From positions 111,902 through 175,901 of the forward strand of contig JABGYH010000007.1 in assembly GCA_018675335.1 (NCBI GenBank): DNA of 64,000 bases, written 5' to 3'. Below the pieces are notes generated by a model. It saw only the letters and a list, made by a program, of their open reading frames with translations. It made no database searches and was not told where the DNA came from. This document shows positions 61,922 to 64,000 of this stretch, one piece after another; position 1 is the first letter of the stretch; every line of letters starts with the position of its first letter. Origin of the DNA: Candidatus Woesearchaeota archaeon. GTDB taxonomy: Archaea > Nanobdellota > Nanobdellia > Woesearchaeales > UBA11576. The translations under genes and the position numbers were made by a program.

Positions 61922-62974
61922 TTAAAATAAACCTTCTGCAGTACAGGCAAGTGAATTTTGTGCCGCATAGTTATTTGATGGTGCATAAGGAGTCGTACCC
62001 CGCCGCGAAACTTCTTTCGCACGTTTTAATTTCGCTAACGCTGAATAAGTCTCAATATTTGAATTAATCTGATCTGTTCTATGAACATCTCCACTTTGCA
62101 CCGTAATTAACCCTAATGATCTAGCCAGATTATAATAATGCACATTTTGTTCAGGAGCATGATGTCTACTACCTGATTCGACACCCACAATACCAATCTG
62201 ATCTATTAATTTTTTAACAAGATAATCTTCAGCACCCAATTTTAGATTTCTTCCAGGATGTGCTAAAACCAAAACTCCTTTTGAAAGTGGAAGAATTTTG
62301 GTAGCATCAGGTCGTTTTAATTCAGGATAAACTTTTGAACCAGGAGTTAGATACGTTTTTTTGAACGCACTCTCAGAGGTTATTCCTTCTTTTTCTAATC
62401 GTGCTCGGTTTTTAGGTTTTTGATAAACTTCATGCGCAATATTATTTTTTACAATTAATTTACCATACTTTGAAAAATCGTCCATCGATATATCAAATCC
62501 ATTTTGAGATAGTAATGAAATTGTTTCTTGCGTTCTTGTTGAACGATCATACCTAAACTTAGCTAAAGCCCCCTTAAATTCTTGACTTGACTGATCAGGC
62601 CAATAAGATAATACATGAAGTTTCTTACCCTCAAATTGACAAGTGATTTCAACTGCAGGAATTACTTCAATACCAGTTATTTGTTCTAATTGCCCATAAG
62701 TAGAAATGCCCTCCATTGTATCATGATCTGATATTGCAACAAAATCATATGGTGCTGCCAATAAAAGATCTAAGGTTATCTCCCCATCAGAAAATGGAGT
62801 ATGAAGATGTAATTGTCCTTGTTTTTGTCCTCGATCTTGTCCTTGATCTTGTCCTCGACCTCGTCCCAGGTCTTGTCCTTGGTTTTGTCCTTGGTTTTGT
62901 CCTTGGTTTTGTCCTTGGTTTTGTCTTTGTTTATGGGTTGTTGATGTCATGATAGTAATTAAACATATACGCAA
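61922..62974 (-). CDS. PHP-domain phosphoesterase (TrpH/YciV-like) with an N-terminal [QNQG]/[QDRG] tandem-repeat extension
   Basis: LHLHTPFSDGE...AISDHDT PHP metal-binding motifs. No Met between the repeat and the PHP domain, so the repeat is translated. Confidence 0.65.
   Translation of the reverse strand: MRICLITIMTSTTHKQRQNQGQNQGQNQGQNQGQDLGRGRGQDQGQDRGQKQGQLHLHTPFSDGEITLDLLLAAPYDFVAISDHDTMEGISTYGQLEQITGIEVIPAVEITCQFEGKKLHVLSYWPDQSSQEFKGALAKFRYDRSTRTQETISLLSQNGFDISMDDFSKYGKLIVKNNIAHEVYQKPKNRARLEKEGITSESAFKKTYLTPGSKVYPELKRPDATKILPLSKGVLVLAHPGRNLKLGAEDYLVKKLIDQIGIVGVESGSRHHAPEQNVHYYNLARSLGLITVQSGDVHRTDQINSNIETYSALAKLKRAKEVSRRGTTPYAPSNNYAAQNSLACTAEGLF
62823..62928. repeat. About 9 units of a 12-nt tandem repeat (perfect core GGTTTTGTCCTT x4) inside the 5' end of the PHP gene, encoding QNQG/QDRG repeats
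   Basis: Direct reading of 62821-62940. Confidence 0.8.
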
Positions 62975-63082
62975 TATATTCGTTTTGTGTATGAAATATA
63001 TTTTAGAATATACGAATATACTTTTTTTAGAAGTATATTTTTTTAGAAAAGTTTAAATATATGCGCCACTCAGTAAATAACC

Positions 63083-63982
63083 ATGAGACGAAAAATAATC
63101 AAACAAGGTGCATCAACGCTCACAGTTAGTTTACCTGCTTCATGGGCAAAAAAATTCAGTTTAAATTCCGGAGACGAAATAAACCTTGAAGAAGATAATA
63201 AAAAACTCATAATCTCAACTCAAAAAGAATTCAAAAGTAAAAAAAGTGAAATTAATATTAGCTCATGGAGTAGAAGTTTAGTTTTTGTTTCCATAACCAA
63301 CGTATACATAAGAGGAGACGATGAGGTCATTGTAAAATATAAAGAACCAAAAGAAGCAGACTGGGTCATGCACATGACTGAAAGTTTAATTGGTTATGAA
63401 GCCGTCGAACAAACAAAAAATCATTTACTCATAAGAGATTTATCAGGAAATAATGAAGTAGAATTTGATATGATCGAAAGACGACTATTTCGCCTAGTAT
63501 TATTTATGGCAAAAGATGGTCTTGATTGTTTAAAGAAAAAAGACATAACTCAATTAAAAGAATTATGGATAAGGGATCGCGAAGTAAATAAATTCTGCGC
63601 GTATTGTTTGCGAATTTTAAATAAAAAAGGCCACAAAGACTTTGAAAAAACACAACACCACTACAACGTAATTCAATTTTTAGAATTACTCGGCGACGAG
63701 TATTCAAGACTTTACAAAAATACAGAAAAAGGAGTTAGAAAAGAATTAATACCACTATTTGAGCAAATTGTTAAAATGAATGAAGATTTTTATAATTTAT
63801 TTTACAACTATGATCCTAATCTTGCAATGAAAATACTCGATCAAAAAAATGATATTCGCGATCAAACTAAAAAAGTATATAAAAATGTAACTAGCGAAGA
63901 ATTACAGTTCACCTATAGGATGAGAAAGATTGCAGAACTAATAGCAGACATTATGAAAATCATGCTGGTTATGATGTGTTAA
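63083..63982 (+). CDS. PhoU-like regulator with an N-terminal AbrB/SpoVT-type swapped-hairpin DNA-binding domain
   Basis: KIIKQGASTLTVSLPASWAKKFSLNSGDEINLEED (AbrB-like), then a helical PhoU-like repeat. Confidence 0.5.
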   Translation: MRRKIIKQGASTLTVSLPASWAKKFSLNSGDEINLEEDNKKLIISTQKEFKSKKSEINISSWSRSLVFVSITNVYIRGDDEVIVKYKEPKEADWVMHMTESLIGYEAVEQTKNHLLIRDLSGNNEVEFDMIERRLFRLVLFMAKDGLDCLKKKDITQLKELWIRDREVNKFCAYCLRILNKKGHKDFEKTQHHYNVIQFLELLGDEYSRLYKNTEKGVRKELIPLFEQIVKMNEDFYNLFYNYDPNLAMKILDQKNDIRDQTKKVYKNVTSEELQFTYRMRKIAELIADIMKIMLVMMC

Positions 63983-64000
63983 TAAAAATATGATTAAAAA

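Noticed and set aside
62823-62928. Possible CRISPR-like repeat array
   Set aside because: The units are 12 nt, contiguous without spacers, and in-frame within a coding sequence. This is a coding tandem repeat, not CRISPR.
1-64000. rRNA genes, transposases/IS elements, integrases, prophage genes, cas genes
   Set aside because: I scanned the ORF products and GC-rich non-coding stretches and found none. The only structured RNA I could fold is tRNA-Pro.

Overview
This 64-kb window is AT-rich (roughly 30% GC by eye) and densely packed with genes. I assign it to an archaeon. Supporting calls are an archaeal histone, aIF-5A, aIF2-alpha, aRF1, ribosomal proteins S27e/L44e/L40e/L37ae, Nop10, RpoP, Pcc1/Kae1 (KEOPS), prefoldin beta, PAC2, membrane-bound LonB, and SRP54/FtsY. 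The small proteins, frequent lysine-rich tails and many bacterial-type genes make a DPANN-like lineage the most likely source (inference). I support about 70 protein genes and one tRNA-Pro(UGG). There is no rRNA, no CRISPR array and no recognisable transposase. The most novel-looking feature is a tightly coupled four-gene operon at 3071-6616: a RimK-like ATP-grasp ligase, an opine dehydrogenase, an S66 LD-carboxypeptidase (MccF/LdcA-like), and a C39-like peptidase that lacks the canonical Cys. I know of no described archaeal counterpart. Other notable items: a bacterial-type Lgt next to a lipobox protein; a full-length RelA/SpoT (p)ppGpp enzyme; a minimal two-subunit [NiFe]-hydrogenase with HypA/HypC/HycI; an Lrp/AsnC paralogue nest with tandem-fused Lrp proteins; a truncated Hel308 helicase fragment; a GC-shifted protein with a PD-(D/E)xK-like motif; and aspartokinase plus DAP decarboxylase. 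Three conserved small genes missing from the ORF track (Nop10, L40e, RpoP) were recovered by manual translation. All protein assignments rest on motif recognition by eye; no database searches were run.
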